DNA of 63,746 bases, the filler included, from Candidatus Nanoarchaeia archaeon (lineage in GTDB: Archaea; Nanobdellota; Nanobdellia; Woesearchaeales; DATDTY01): the NCBI GenBank assembly GCA_035290625.1. It is 5 parts of 5 records of this genome, joined end to end, with 100 filler letters (N's around TTAATTAATTAA, not from the genome) between each part and the next. Parts side by side here need not be neighbours in the genome. Positions count along the whole stretch, not along the records: positions 60,296 to 63,746 come from DATDTY010000053.1; 4 more parts are not named here. One strand, given 5' to 3'. The position numbers and the translations under genes are program-made. Positions 62,676 through 63,746 of this stretch are shown one piece after another (position 1 is the first letter of the stretch; the number at the start of each line of letters is the position of its first letter). The notes under the pieces are model-generated. The model was not told where the DNA came from and ran no database searches. It saw only the letters and a program-made list of their open reading frames with translations.

Positions 62676-62731
62676 GTGAAAAACCAACATCTTTATATAG
62701 CAAAAACGTCTGATTTCTCTGCAGAGGTGAA

Positions 62732-63121
62732 ATGATGGCGTTCTTCCGCAAGCTGATGTTCTGGAAAAAAGACGATCTTGATTTAAGCAATCTGGGAGCT
62801 CTTGGAGCAGAGCCTCGAGCATCTCTTGGGCAGATGCCTGGCGAAATGCCTGCAGATACTGGCAGGCCACAATTTTCATATCCGAATGCCCCGGAGCTTG
62901 TCCCTCCGGCAGAGTCCTTTCCTCGGCATGGCATGGCAGGCATGGGAGCAAGCATGGGATATTCTGGCAGCGATTCCTCATTCATCCTTGCAAAAGACAT
63001 AGAAATCCTCTCGAGCAAGCTTGACGCATTGCGGGCAGGCATAGAAAGCATCAACCAGCGCCTGGCAAATCTGGAGCGCATGGCGGGAGCTGACAATCAG
63101 CAACGAAAATACCAATGGTAA
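62732..63121 (+). CDS. Hypothetical protein with C-terminal coiled coil
   Basis: GAGGTG RBS; KDIEILSSKLDALR...INQRLANLER. Confidence 0.7.
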   Translation: MMAFFRKLMFWKKDDLDLSNLGALGAEPRASLGQMPGEMPADTGRPQFSYPNAPELVPPAESFPRHGMAGMGASMGYSGSDSSFILAKDIEILSSKLDALRAGIESINQRLANLERMAGADNQQRKYQW

Positions 63122-63746
63122 GGCAGTTTGCTCTGGTAGCTTTTCTTGCAGTAGTGCTGGATCAGGCATCAAAATACATTGCACGTACGTTTCTGGGGAA
63201 TCCTGTCAACCTTGTTCCTTCTTTTCTGTCATTTGAGCTGGTTCGCAACACTGGAACAAGCTTTGGCCTTTTCCAGAACCTCAATCTTTTTTTTCTCATC
63301 ATCGGAGCTGTTTTCTCATTCGGCATTTTGCTTTGGTATCCGAAGATTCCCAAGGACAATCTCCATCAGGCAGGGTTTGCATTCATATTGGGCGGCGCGG
63401 TTGGCAATACTCTTGATAGGGTTTTTCTCGGATATGTTACTGATTTTATCTCCTTCAGCTTCTGGCCTGCATTTAATGTTGCAGACTCTGCGCTCACCAT
63501 CGGCGTTGTCCTGCTTTTGTATGCGTCTTTTCCAAAGAGATCTCCGGTTACTAGGAAAGGACAAATGACTCTGTTTTTGGTTCTTGCTCTGGCCGTCCTC
63601 TTTGCCGTCTTCTACATCTTTTTTATCCAGGGAGAGGTTACTGACATCAGGTCAGCAGGGCAGGCAACTGAGAGGATTACCGGAACCTTTGAGCTGACTC
63701 CGATCAAATCGTATGTTTCCAATTGTCTGCAGAATACTGCTGAGGC
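63115..63746 (+). CDS. lspA: Signal peptidase II (LspA) domain fused to a class III signal-peptide protein; runs off the window end
   Basis: Manual translation: LDQASK, NTGTSFG, GGAVGNTLDR, VTDFI, FNVADSA, then without a stop RKGQ-MTLFLVLALAVLF...YVSNCL. Confidence 0.88.
   Translation, partial: MVRQFALVAFLAVVLDQASKYIARTFLGNPVNLVPSFLSFELVRNTGTSFGLFQNLNLFFLIIGAVFSFGILLWYPKIPKDNLHQAGFAFILGGAVGNTLDRVFLGYVTDFISFSFWPAFNVADSALTIGVVLLLYASFPKRSPVTRKGQMTLFLVLALAVLFAVFYIFFIQGEVTDIRSAGQATERITGTFELTPIKSYVSNCLQNTAE

Noticed and set aside
63179..63568. 129-aa ORF in the track
   Set aside because: Off-frame shadow of the LspA reading frame starting at 63115

Overview
Archaeal chromosome window, most consistent with a DPANN/Woesearchaeota-type genome (inferred from gene content, the divergent 16S and the pilin-like protein style). 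It is five contigs joined by four 100-nt N-linkers containing TTAATTAATTAA, so gene neighbourhood across the linkers is not established. Core content: aRF1, histone, eIF5A, DnaG, Kae1, LonB, a 16S-tRNA(Ala)-23S operon, the rpoH-B''-B'-A'-A''-L30e-NusA-S12-S7 operon, PheRS and several r-proteins. Unusual content: (1) three families of ~165-210 bp TIR-bounded elements, several with 8-9 bp target duplications, that share a covarying internal stem-loop core and carry nested double-hairpin micro-insertions; (2) a phosphonate cluster (CTase-PEP mutase, phosphonopyruvate decarboxylase, phosphonoacetaldehyde reductase, NTP-transferase, two B12 radical-SAM enzymes, CDP-alcohol transferase, glycosyltransferases) resembling the early fosfomycin pathway; (3) three short BHB-type rRNA introns and nine introns across six tRNAs; (4) a probable orphan DGR target gene; (5) signal peptidase II fused in frame to a class III (pilin-like) signal peptide protein; (6) fragments of IS200/IS605, IS481-like and IS5/IS4-like elements. 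All calls come from reading the sequence; no database searches were run.
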